DNA of 63,885 nucleotides, the filler included, from Squatina squatina (lineage: Eukaryota): assembly GCA_031763465.1 (NCBI GenBank). It is 4 parts of 3 records of this genome, joined end to end, with 100 filler letters (N's around TTAATTAATTAA, not from the genome) between each part and the next. Parts side by side here need not be neighbours in the genome. Positions count along the whole stretch, not along the records: positions 21,647 to 34,023 come from JARFOE010000100.1; positions 34,124 to 51,342 come from JARFOE010000162.1; 2 more parts are not named here. One strand, 5' to 3'. The position numbers and the translations under genes were made by a program. How positions within the stretch are numbered: position 1 is the first letter of the stretch; each line of letters opens with the position of its first letter. Under the pieces are notes generated by a model. It was given only the letters and a program-made list of their open reading frames with translations. It made no database searches and was not told the DNA's origin. Below, one piece after another: positions 25,501 through 38,310 of this stretch.

Positions 25501-25769
25501 CCTGTAAATGCTATTTAATTTGTTACAGGATAAATGTCCGTGGCAGGGACATACACAAATGTACCTTGGTGTGTGTGAATGAGGCGGTTTCCTTTTTAGG
25601 CAATCATTTTCTTTCTGACTTCTCACACACTCCACTGTTCTGTCTATCATCACACTTAAATAATGCCCNNNNNNNNNNCAATTATCAGATTTTGTAGGAT
25701 GCTGACTGGTACAGATTTAATTAATTGGACCATAGTTTCTGTAACGGGGCATCCAACTTAGACTGCACC

Positions 25770-26030
25770 CTTCAGCTCAAAAAAAATTGCCCACAAAGTT
25801 GCTGAAAGAGTGAGCTGATAACAGCACAGTGAAGGAAACAGGCATCTTGAACCTGAGGGAAATTAACAGAATATCTCCTTAATCAGATTTAAAGATTGGG
25901 AAATAAAGAGAGTGAAAAGGAGGGTGAATTCAATGTCAAATCAGGTACAGAAAGAGTAGGGGTAAGATAGATTGCATTAAGGGAGAGAGAAAATAATGGA
26001 ACATTTTAAACTTGTCATTTTTAAAATCTC
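25770..26030. mobile_element. Fragment of the MITE family seen at 53641-54350
   Basis: Shares gagctgataac...aaacaggcatct...tctccttaa...aggtacagaa...ttttaaaatctc with 53700-53995. Confidence 0.65.
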
Positions 26031-26754
26031 NNNNNNNNNNNNNNNNNNNNNNNNNNNNNNNNNNNNNNNNNNNNNNNNNNNNNNNNNNNNNNNNNNNNNN
26101 NNNNNNNNNNNNNNNNNNNNNNNNNNNNNNCTCATCCTCTTTCGGGAGACAGTTCTGGCCATTCTTGGCAGGGGCATGGCTGAGCCCTTGGCCAGCGGCG
26201 GGGCTGAAAGAATAAAAGATGCTGGTCCTCATACATTAGCCTCCTTCTCACATCCCACTTCCCCCTCATCCCACAGCACCTTCTGATTTACAAGGCACAG
26301 ATGGTGTAAACATGCACCCCTTGCATTATCCCCTCCCTTCAGCACAACCTGACCCTCGTGCCTTCCTCGTTTCACACACCGGAGAAACGCAGACTGCCCA
26401 GCCAGTGGGTGACCAAGAAGAGGAAGAGAGAGTGAAGAAGAAGAAGAAACACATTCACTCGATTTGACACTCCCAGCCACCAGCTCCTCGAGGCCGTCCT
26501 GGAGAGTCGTCTGTAGTGTCCCCCACTGAAAGTTAGCCCCCTTCCACCAGCCATGCTGCAGCCACTGGGGTAGCACTGCATGACATCACTGGATAGGTAA
26601 AGGTACACACAGGACGGTCACTAAGGGAGTGCACAAGGGAGATTAATTGATCTTTTGATGTAATATTAGATAAAGTTGGATTGGAAAGTTTGCTTGTGGT
26701 GAGTTTTATTTTAGCATTATGGCCAAGAGGATGCTATGATGGTCAGCAATATAG

Positions 26755-26847
26755 AAAAAAGAAAGACTTGCATTTATATAGCGCCTTTCATGCCCACCAG
26801 ATGCCCCAAAGTGCTTTATAGCCAATGAAGTACTTTTTGAATGTAGT
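26755..26847 (-). mobile_element. SINE 3' tail (L2-type)
   Basis: aaagacttgcatttatatagcgcctttcatg...ccaaagtgctttatagccaatgaagtacttttt. Confidence 0.8.
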
Positions 26848-29800
26848 NNNNNNNNNNNNNNNNNNNNNNNNNNNNNNNNNNNNNNNNNNNNNNNNNNNNN
26901 NNNNNNNNNNNNNNNNNNNNNNNNNNNNNNNNNNNNNNNNNNNNNNNGTCTGAGTGTATGACAGCCTAACGGCTCAAAGCATTTGTTTGCCTGAACCTTG
27001 TTAAAAAGTCCTCCAGCCATCTGCAAGTATCTGTCAATGGTCCTATTTTAATGAAGGCATAGAACGCTAGCAGTAATTGTAAACTTAGGAATGTGGGACC
27101 AGCTAACAACCAGCTGGGTAGGCACTGACTATTTCCAGGTGTTAAGTAAATGTGCCCCTCCCCCAGGTTTCCCTTTATTTACACATTTGACCGACTATGA
27201 AATGTCTTCATGTCCCCTTCACCTGTCAATTTTTTTGTAACAAATATAAATAGTTGCTCAGGAAGCCTAACAATTCAGAATGTTTCCTGCTAGCAGCAAC
27301 CATTATGAAGCTGTTCATGGTTCCTCCACAGGCATCCGATTCCTAACACCTCCTCTCCTCTTCCTCTTTGGCTTCCTGACCATCGCTGAGCCAAGATTTG
27401 TGGAATGAAGAGTGAAAATCCACAAAGCACAGGTCCCTGAAAATGACAGGCAACATGAAAGTTTTACTACTATTATAATTGTAAGCATTAAAAGATTTTT
27501 TCAAAAGAATGATTAAAGAGGCATCTTTGTCAGCTACCTACAGATGGGAAGACATTTTAATGTGAGAACTATGGAGGACCGCAGCTTTTAAAGTACCTTC
27601 TCCTGCGATAAACACCTCCAAAGTAACATTCAGCTAACGATGGGCAAAACGTGGATGCGATCAGAGAAGAACTTAAACATTGCGAGTTACAGTTAGAAGG
27701 CAGCGGATGTTAGATTCTACCGATGTTACCGTAACGAATTAAACCTTTTAAAACAAAGTCCAGACTTTGAAACCGATTTTGCTGAATGGGGTTATAAAGA
27801 GACAGAGCTCGCTCGCCCCCCCCCCGACCCCCACCCCTGCCACCTCACAAGACCCCCCAGTCCTACTACAAGTGTAACTTCCAGGAAAGTGAGTGCAATT
27901 CATAGCCTTTATCATAATAGGTTGCCAGGGACTCATTAAAACAGTGTCTTGAATACGGTTGGACCTGAGGCGACTGAATACTAGGTAACATTCCATAGTA
28001 ATTCAGACCACAAAACTCAATGGCAATGGGTGTCCTGCTATCTCTACAGAAATAGGCTGCATTAAAGTTCTAAATGTTTTCTTTTGATAGTTAAAAGTAG
28101 TGTTGCTCCGCAACACTTTTATGGGATAAACTTAAAATGCAAGAACCAGTTAGGTAATGCCACAAATATTCAGTTCATGTGCCAAACATCACAAGCTCAG
28201 GGCCTGAGGGTTGCTCGGTACTGCATGCTTTCAGCAGATTTAATTAATTCTGGGCTTTCATTTATTTATTGATGCCAACGTTGACTATCATAATCATTAA
28301 AGAGGTGGGCATCTACAAGTATGGCCGATGGGCTCTTTGGGAAAATACTTTGCTCTGGGTTTGAGTGGCGGGGTGACTGATCACAGCTCAGGTTAACAGT
28401 TGAGTTTAACGACCCACCAATCCGATCAGCCCTGAACCAGGCAAGGAAACAAAGCTGAATTGATGTCACATTTATGAGCAACACACCCAAATGTACTTCC
28501 AGATCAGATGATTCTGGCTCCTCACTGCCAATCCCCTTTGTNNNNNNNNNNNNNNNNNNNNNNNNNNNNNNNNNNNNNNNNNNNNNNNNNNNNNNNNNNN
28601 NNNNNNNNNNNNNNNNNNNNNNNNNNNNNNNNNNNNNNNNNCTGATGCGATGGAACTTATCCAACCAGACAATACCCAGTTATCACTGCCTGATTGGAAC
28701 TCAGGATTCATCGGCTCTGGAGAGGTTTTCTGCCCAATATCCTGAGAGCTCTTCTCCGGGGAATTAACTGTTGAGAAGGCTGCGCCCGCAGAACATAATC
28801 ACCATTTTATTTTGCGGTATTGCCATTTTTCTTTAAAATCAGTGCACATTCACCCACTGGACTGAAAAGAGGTCCCAAGAAGTGTTGGATGCAGTGAATA
28901 GTCAAATATCAAAACAACCTAGAATGTGATCTACTTAATATGCCGAGTGGATCTTGCAATTGAGTAGCTAGGCCTGCAGCCGAATAACAACAGTATTGTT
29001 ATTTGCTGCTCTTTATTCCAAAAACGCTAAATATCTGTGCAGAATAGAACTAACAATTTTTATGCAATCTGCAGCAACCCTTGCAAACAGATTGTTTTTC
29101 AATTAGAGCATTCTTTGAGGTCAATTAAGCACTTATTATTTTTAAGGTGGACTTTCAACCCACTTAATTAAATTCTATTGGTGGTAATTACCATATGTTA
29201 ATCACTTTTTCTGTGTTTTGTAGATAATTCAGTCCTATCTACGATCTAGTTTCTTGTTTACCATCTTAGACCGTTAAATATTATACCCAATTGAGCCGAT
29301 ATATCCATGTTCCCACCATCCTATCATCTATCGTCTCGCTCAAATAGCAAACATAAGATGAAAATGTAGAATTAAGTATTAAAAGTGCGTTTTATTGCAA
29401 GCACACAGTAAGACATTTTATCCTCGTGATCGCTTTAACCCATCATACTTCACAAAACACCGATGCATAATAAAACAAAAATGATTAATAGGGAATATGG
29501 ACTATATAAAAATACTGCATGATGAAAATTCTGAGTGTTTTACCCAAAGCATTGTAGTAAAACTAAAAAGAACTGCTGTGTCAGACCATTTAACAGTTTG
29601 TCCGACAGTAATTGAACGGAAATACGCAGTTTTGTAATGAGTTTTATTTTACTAGAATCTGTGGTATTAATTTTTTGCGTCTGAATGAAACAACAATCTG
29701 TGCACTTTTGAATGTATACCAAGAATGTCTCTATGACAAGGAAGCAGGATATTGGAATGGGACACGACCGGTTGTCCAAACAGGACACAGAAAATCCTTT

Positions 29801-32515
29801 ATCCTCCTAGGAGCATCTATCTGTTTGCAATGTCAAACGTAACAGCCCCATAGGTGCACATATGGTTTACTGCCTTGGACAATCTGAATGTAATTTTAAA
29901 AGAAAATATCCATAAATATAAAATAATCCAGATGTAATAACGAAAATGTCAAGAAGAACTGATGGAACCAGTTCAACGTTAGAAAAAAGGGGAGGTTCGT
30001 TTGAGACCTTGTCCCAAGAAACACAGTTAATATATACGTTTTTTAAAAACTATATGATTAAAGTCCTAATCATCTATGTAAGCAGGTGGCGTCCGATACA
30101 TGTACACCAGCTTTAAAAGTAGGAAAACTGCTGCAATCTTTCCAGCAAAATGTTGTCTCGATAACTGAAGGTTTACCTGTATTTTGAACTAGGCTAGCAT
30201 GGATAGTAACACTGTGTGACCGTTGCAAACTGGCTAAGATATAAGCACATTTGTGGTAAAATGCCGTCCTATTATAATTTACTTTCCGTAATTAGTAAAA
30301 ATGAAATAAATATTGCAGCAGTTTATCTATCATGTTCTACCACTGCTTTCGTTTATGCTTCTATCCGGATAAATTGAACTTTAATGAAGTCACGTTATAT
30401 TGTCTTTTTGATAAGAATAATGACCTTGCATAGTGGTTAAGTAAACGGAGCAGGTCGAGGGCCCAGNNNNNNNNNNNNNNNNNNNNNNNNNNNNNNNNNN
30501 NNNNNNNNNNNNNNNNNNNNNNNNNNNNNNNNNNNNNNNNNNNNNNNNNNNNNNNNNNNNNNNNNNAAGAGAAAGGGATGAAAATGTTTCGGTGTGGATA
30601 TATTTGACCAATTTGTTGAGAAATGCCCTCATTATTGATACAACCGATTTTCCATGCAGTATTTAGAAAGAACTTTAGATAATCTTTTAATAACACACAT
30701 TTTAAAACAAAATCAAAATATCTTGCAAAATAGCATGTTTCAAAAGTTGTATATTTAATAAAATAATTGCTTTTAACTTGAATGATATAATGACCCGAGC
30801 CGAATAATGTACACGGATGATTCTGTACAATATCTTATTCTATACGAGACTCTATTCTATCATCAACCACTGTTACCTTTCTTGGACTTCAAGAAAAGAG
30901 ATCACCACGACAGTGCACCCATTGCAATACCGCACAGTGCTCGTAATCGGCACAACTCATCAATTCTTTTCCTTCATGCTGTTTTTCTCTAGTGTGTTTT
31001 CTGTTGTGTATTTTACTTGAGATACAGCAAAAACAAGCACCTTTATTCATTGAGCACATAATGCAAGTTGTATCAAATCTTGCTCTTCGTAGACACGTTA
31101 TACCATACCAACCATGGAAAAAGATGAAAAGGAAGAAAAAAATGAGGTCATCATTTAATTTACCAGTTCCATAAAAAAGCTGATTATTTCTGCTTGTACA
31201 AAATTTTAACACATTTTATTTGGATTCAAATATCCTGATGTTGCTTTGTTAGTAGCTAAACTCCTCATATTTTTATTAGCTGTAATTTTTATTTAATTGT
31301 AATGTATTCTCTTCAGAAGCTGTACTGTATCCTGTGGCTTGAGAATAAACTCCAAGTATATGTCTTGTACCTGCTGGTTAACACTTATTTTCTAGCTACA
31401 TTTTCATTAAGGCAATGCCAGCACTGGAAATTTGATTTACAACCACATTGCAAAAAAGGTATTTGATATAACCCCTTCTATTTTTGTACAATGCTTTGTA
31501 ATAATTTGTATCCGTCAGAAATGTTTGACTTTTTTTTTCTCCTTCTCGTATTAACACTTGTTATGAACAATCGTGCAATTAAATGAAGTGACCCTTGACC
31601 TGGTTATATGAAGTTAGTCAATCATAGCAAATTAATTTCTATATGGAGAGCAATTATCTCCAAAATGGTTAATTAAATCTATCAATTCCACACCATTTNN
31701 NNNNNNNNNNNNNNNNNNNNNNNNNNNNNNNNNNNNNNNNNNNNNNNNNNNNNNNNNNNNNNNNNNNNNNNNNNNNNNNNNNNNNNNNNNNNNNNNNNCA
31801 ATTCAGTTCTCTCTATTGGCTTGCCGTAGTGCAAACTGTAATGTTGCCAAGGCAGAATTCAAACAGGGTCTTAATACTTATCAGACTTGTGGTTTTCCTG
31901 TGCCCTTTGCCTTAAACATTGTCCACAGACATAGTGCTTCTGTTAGCTTCGAAAGACAGTCCATCTTTCCTGTAATGCCAATGCATAAAATTCAAGTTTA
32001 GAGTAGTTCAGACGACTTGTTAATGTAAATGCTCCTGTTGATCTGAACCAAGAGTTAAATATTGAAGCTGTAAATACACGAATACAGTTTATATATTGGT
32101 TGATGACCAAGTAACTCTCTGATCTGAGAAATGAAGTGTCAAGTCAATGTCAGAAGACTTCTGAACTCATTTTAAACACATGCAATGGCATCTTTCTATA
32201 AATTGGAACGCCTTATAATTAATTAATTCGTCAAAGTTGGAATTCAGATTTGGATGAACTTTTATGGGATGTTGTGGTCTTGCTAGAAATGTTTACTCGC
32301 TCCCCCTGTTTGAAGTGGAACAGTGGACCTGACCATTGAATTCGTTGTGTGTGCTGGAATCTTGCTGTTCTCGTGCTATTAGTCTTTTTGGGGAGCAACA
32401 CAAATATAATCTCTTCTTTGCCTATTGCACAGTACTGGGTGATGCAGAAAATCGTTGACACGACCGTATTTCGCACGTCCAGTTGTAGGGACGCATCATG
32501 TCTTTTTGGTCGTTC

Positions 32516-32920
<405 letters not shown>

Positions 32921-34023
32921 TTAAAGCAAACTCGTAATCTCCAACACTTGCACGCTACTCTCATCCTTTCGGAACCGCAGGAAGAAAGTGCAATGTTAGA
33001 GTAGAGTTGCATTTCTGCTTTTCCCCTATAATTCAGAAGTGCTTTAGTATTCTGTTACTATATAAAATCCTGCACTAAAACTAATGGAACCCCTTAGGAA
33101 GATTGAGGAATTCGGGAATGACGAGCAGAAATTGAACGCTATCGCAGGAGATCCCGTGAAAAGTTCCACCTATCGAGCAGCATGGGAGCAAAAGGCCTGA
33201 CCCTCCCCCGTACGATCACACAAACATACTTTTTGTCTTAATGCCGATTAAGACGCTTTTATTTAGCTGTGGTTACTGTGTTATTCAAGACATAATGCAA
33301 AGTTCACTTAAGGTTTGTAATAAATCGTGACGATTATATCATCTGATTCCCCAATTTTCTTTTCGCATTTGGCAAACACAATTTTGGTTTCAATTTATTT
33401 CGGTATTAATACTGCTTAATCTGGATTTTGCAACCGCGGTCACTAATCTTTAAATCTTTGGAGCAGAATAACTCTTTCCCCGCTTCTAAGTAATGAATAT
33501 ATTGAACAGTATTAATCACGTATTCAAATATTCTGCAACAATGCATAAAGGCTTTGAACGAAGAGTAAGAGCAAGGACATGTCTCCATTTGGACGAACCT
33601 CTGGCGTAAGGGAACTGGGGATTTGCAAAAATGTCACCAGCGTTTTCTAAAAGTATCATATAACGTAGAAGCGTATAATAGAGTTAAACATACAGGATAT
33701 AATTTTGAAAATGAGAGAAAAGTTATTCGAAGCAGAATACTTACATTCTTTAATTGGTGGCTGGAAATTAGTAAGGTTTGATTATACTTATGAGTTTCCC
33801 TGTTCCTATATTTCCTAGGGTGACTTATATGTTTCTTGAGTTTAATTCTGAGTTGCGCATTTGTCTTTCCTGTAAATGTAATGTCCCCTCTATATAGTTA
33901 TATTATAAACAGGGATAAAACAGTTCAAAAATACATGTTATCCATCGTTCAAATTACACCATCATCATTAGTGCATTGATAAGGTTCATGGAAAACTGAT
34001 TTTAAAAAAACTAAAGCGTGATG

Positions 34024-34123
34024 NNNNNNNNNNNNNNNNNNNNNNNNNNNNNNNNNNNNNNNNNNNNTTAATTAATTAANNNNNNNNNNNNNNNNNNNNN
34101 NNNNNNNNNNNNNNNNNNNNNNN
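34024..34123. other. Artificial scaffold-joining linker N44-TTAATTAATTAA-N44
   Basis: Same 100-nt design; 12-mer at 34068-34079. Confidence 0.95.
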
Positions 34124-34430
34124 CATTCCTTTGTCTGTTATTTTAGAAGAGGCAATAATTTATTTATTTTAAATGATTTCATGTCTTTCCTAAAATAGCA
34201 AACGAATGTGCTAACCACTCACCCACTAATAACAGCAACAGTAATTTCTAGGTTAATTTGACTAAAAACAATTAGCAGCACTCATAATTTATTATTCATC
34301 CCCTGTCAGCCCACTTAATTTGGTGTTCCAGTGTCCTTGAGAGGTTCAATCCAAGATACACCACTGGTTCATTTGACTCCACTATACTAATAACATATCA
34401 AAATAGAGCTTAAAGGTATATAAAATTTAC

Positions 34431-34665
34431 CTCTTTAGGAGAAAGTATTGAAATAAAGTCTTCATATATCATTCGTGCTTTGTCCTCAATAACGCTTTTG
34501 CTTGCTTCATTTTTGAGATCCTCACATGCTAGCCAAAAGAGCATATTTTCTTCACTGTATTCAGTTCGTAAGAATTCTCTGAAGATATTTCTGCCTGCAG
34601 GAGTTTTCAATAGCTTCTCAAAGGATTGAGCCCAAGAGCGTACTTCTTCTGCTGTTGGCTTTTCA
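34431..34665 (-). CDS. RGS19: RZ-subfamily RGS-domain exon, RGS19 by head-to-head position with OPRL1
   Basis: cacag|..EKPTAEEVRSWAQSFEKLLKTPAGRNIFREFLRTEYSEENMLFWLACEDLKNEASKSVIEDKARMIYEDFISILSPKE|gtaaat (235 nt). RGS17/19/20 family is clear; the paralog is inferred from synteny. Confidence 0.85.
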
Positions 34666-35054
34666 CTGTGAATAGCATAATTAGTGAAAACAATGTGATT
34701 GCAAACACGACAAAGGTTGCATTTAAAAACTATCTTATTGGACTAGTGTCAGATTTTATAAACATCATTATCTAATTAANNNNNNNNNNNNNNNNNNNNN
34801 NNNNNNNNNNNNNNNNNNNNNNNNNNNNNNNNNNNNNNNNNNNNNNNNNNNNNNNNNNNNNNNNNNNNNNNNNNNNNNNGATGACACGAGAGGCCCAATT
34901 TTTGCCGCTGGCCTCGCACTCGGAAATCTGGTGGGAACTAATTTTGCAGCCGTGGTACGGACCTTGCACAAAATGTGATGGGGGAAATGAGTCCGAGTCA
35001 CTTCCCCTCCAAATTCTACTCTAAACTCTCTTAATAAATAATAACTAAATCCAA

Positions 35055-35312
35055 TAGGGAATTCAGGAGGTGCTTATTTACCCAGACAGTGGTGAGAATG
35101 TGGAACTCGCTACTACAGGGAGTGGTTGAGGCAAAAAGCAAAGATGAATTTAAGGGGAAGCTAGACAAATACATGAGGGAGAAATGAATAGAAGATTATG
35201 TAGATAGGGTGAGATGAAGTAGAGTGGGAGGAGGCTCGTGTGGAGCATAATCACTGGCATGGACTGGTTGGGCCAAATGGCCCGTTTCTGTGCTGTAAAT
35301 TCTATGTAATTC
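35055..35312 (+). mobile_element. CR1-clade LINE 3' end
   Basis: gtggtgagaatgtggaactcgctac...gggccaaatggcccgtttctgtgctgtaaattctatgtaattct. Confidence 0.85.
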
Positions 35313-35523
35313 TCCCATGGGGAGATTATGTCTGCATCTCAAGTACAAAAATGGTATAGATGGTAAAACAATGAAGCAGATGTGGTAANNNNNNNNNNAA
35401 GAGGAATTAAAATATGTTTGCTGTAGTCATAATTAAAGTTAGAACCCACCTTGTCATAGAAGGTCTACGGTCAGACATCAGATAGGACAGATGGTAACTA
35501 CTGTTTGTCATAATCAGACTTAC

Positions 35524-35643
35524 CTTTAGATGTCCTCCAAATGTGTCATGCTTAAAGAACTGGCACCAGTTGTCCCCATAGCAGGAATCTTCCATCTCCC
35601 CCTCAATGACAATGTTCCTCGTCAAAATTCCCACCTCTGCCCT
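35524..35643 (-). CDS. CEMIP/CEMIP2(TMEM2)-family hyaluronidase exon fragment (possibly a pseudo-exon)
   Basis: RAEVGILTRNIVIEGEMEDSCYGDNWCQFFKHDTFGGHLK|gtaagt versus CEMIP2 RAEVGILTRNIVIQGEVEDSCYAENQCQFFDYDTFGGHIM. Homology stops abruptly upstream of RAEV. Confidence 0.8.
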
Positions 35644-36429
35644 AAGCAATATATGTCTTATTTTCTGTTCTTTTCTCATGCTGTAATTATGAGTACATGT
35701 AGGGATGTGGTATTATTTGAATGAATGATCTTGAGTGGTTATGAAACCATACAGTAAAGGCGCAAAAGCATTTTATAGATCAACTTTTCAGTTTAAATTG
35801 ACTAGAAAGGATTCTCTAGAAGAGATTTAAACTAACAATTGTTAATTTAAAAAATTGTTTATTTTGATTTATGTGTTAAATGTATTATGCTATTATAAGT
35901 ATGGCTCTTGCTGTATTATTCAAATGATCATAATCATTATAGGCAACATTTCGATCTGATTCTGATGACATGGCTGGTTATAAGTGTTATCACTGCTGTC
36001 CACATGCTGGTCTGACAAAGCACTGTGAGTGTTCACTGAAGTTTTGCATTAGAGGCATTTTGCTAACTCATTAACCAACCTCTACATAGGAAACCACAAT
36101 GTTTGCACCGAGTTCCTCTTTCAGTGTTTCTCACAAAGTTCTGCTGCAGTGCACACATGCATATAAGTGTATCAGTTTCTCTGAATGTTGTAAAATGTCG
36201 TAATAAGTTATTGCAGTTTAAAATGACCAGACTATTTATCATCTGCTATTCCTAACCCTTAAAGAAAATAAGAAATTAAGGCAACATTTGTCANNNNNNN
36301 NNNNNNNNNNNNNNNNNNNNNNNNNNNNNNNNNNNNNNNNNNNNNNNNNNNNNNNNNNNNNNNNNNNNNNNNNNNNNNNNNNNNNNNNNNNNNGTGTTTG
36401 GATTTTTTGTTTTCTAAAGCACATCCGTT

Positions 36430-36690
36430 TTTTTTTCAAGTCAGATCGACACCCAGGGCGGCTGGCATAGATCCGCTGCGCATGCGTTTCGAAGCGATGG
36501 ACTTCCTCGCAGTTGTGCGGTTCCACGTCAAAGAGCCTGATCTTGAACAGGGTTTCTCCAGCTCTCAAGTGTCTCACCACCTTTCCTCGCACGCTCGCTT
36601 CACAACATGCAGCAAACCAAAATTCCACTTTCAGTTTTGGCGCATTTTAAAAGTGCCGTCCAAAATAGACACCCGCGCGTATATATATAT
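36430..36690. promoter_or_regulatory. CpG-rich patch with NRF1-like motif; candidate RGS19-side promoter or 5' exon
   Basis: Many CpGs in CpG-poor surroundings; TGCGCATGCG at 36477-36486; lies between the divergent RGS19 and OPRL1 exons. Confidence 0.35.
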
Positions 36691-38021
36691 AAAAAAATTG
36701 GTCGCTGTTTTGTTTTGGGGGAAAAAAAAACAATCAATTCTTTAGGAAGTTTAACGAAGGAAGATAACAGGGTGTTTTTCGATTTTTTGGCGCAACTGAT
36801 TTCAGAACACATCCTAGCGTGATGACCGATGCGTCTCTTTAAAGTGAAGTGAAAGCAAATCAAGTTAAAATTAGTTGATCGTTGAATAATTAAATGCTTC
36901 GTTTGTATGGGAGTTTTGCGATGCACAAAAAGACTAAAATCAAAAGAACTAAAACTCCTCAGAAACAAAGGGACTCTTTTAAAATAGGTTTGTTATTAAT
37001 GCTATTTGAATATATAGAGATCTAAAATATAGATTCCTTCTTTGCCACATATCGATTTGTACATACCCAAGGAATCCCTTTTCGTCCGAGCAGAACTATT
37101 AAGAATTCTAAAAATTCCAAAGGTAATACTAACATAAAACAGAAGCAATGAAAGACTAAGCAGTACATCCAANNNNNNNNNNNNNNNNNNNNNNNNNNNN
37201 NNNNNNNNNNNNNNNNNNNNNNNNNNNNNNNNNNNNNNNNNNNNNNNNNNNNNNNNNNNNNNNNNNNNNNNNCTGGCAAAGAGATTATGAGCTATAAAAT
37301 CATGCATAAGATGTATAAAATGTTTAGATCAAATAGCTGAATCCGTGATTAGATTTAAAAAAAATATAAATTTAAGATTCTAAAAGGTGCAAGATTATCC
37401 CGGTTGTAACAAAACTTGTTCATAGTATTGAATATTTGCAAGTTTAATCATCCTTATTTTGTGAGTTAATTATATAAAATTATTCTGATATATGAGTAGC
37501 AATTGCAAAGCCTCATCTGTTTGTCTTGAACATCAAATCACAGGAAACATCTTGCAGTTAGGGACAGCAGATCAGTAAGATCTGTATCTCTAACTGCATG
37601 CTGTTATCATAAGGCTAAGGCTAACGTGTTTAGAACACAGAGCTAAAGTAATTGTCTCAGTAAAATTACTACAAATATATTGTAAACAACAATTGTACAA
37701 CTTTTCTTATTTTGCCAAGTGCAACCATTGGCAAGGTTATTTTAGAGCTGCTCTATTTACCAAGCAAAAGCAATACTTCCTGTTTTCAGGTACTCATATT
37801 GATTCAATGACTTAAGGACTTTTATGGCAAATGTCACCACTTTTGTGTGTTCACTGAAACAGGAAATCCGTTTGCAGAAAGACACTGGGCCCGATTTTGC
37901 TGTAGCAGGGCATCTAAAGGCNNNNNNNNNNNNNNNNNNNNNNNNNNNNNNNNNNNNNNNNNNNNNNNNNNNNNNNNNNNNNNNNNNNNNNNNNNNNNNN
38001 NNNNNNNNNNNNNNNNNNNNN

Positions 38022-38310
38022 GGGCCTCTTGAGCATCCCCTGATTTTAATCGCTCCACCACTGGTGGCCGTGCCTTCAGAGGGCTGGGCCCTGAGCTCTG
38101 GAATTCCCTCCCTAAACCTCTCCGTCTCTCTCTCTCCTCCTTTAAGACGCTCCTTAAAACCGACCTCTTCGACCAAGCTTTTGGTCATCTGCCCTAATTT
38201 CTCCTTATGTGGCTCGGCGTCAAATTTTGTTTTAAAAACACTCCTGTGAAGCGCCTTGGGACATTTTACTACATTAAAGGCTCTATGTAAATGCAATTCA
38301 AGTTGTTATT
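38022..38310 (+). mobile_element. L2-clade LINE 3' end
   Basis: ctctggaattccctccctaaacctctcc...tttaagacgctccttaaaacc...ctcctgtgaagcgccttgggacattttactacattaaaggctctatgtaaatgcaa. Confidence 0.85.
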
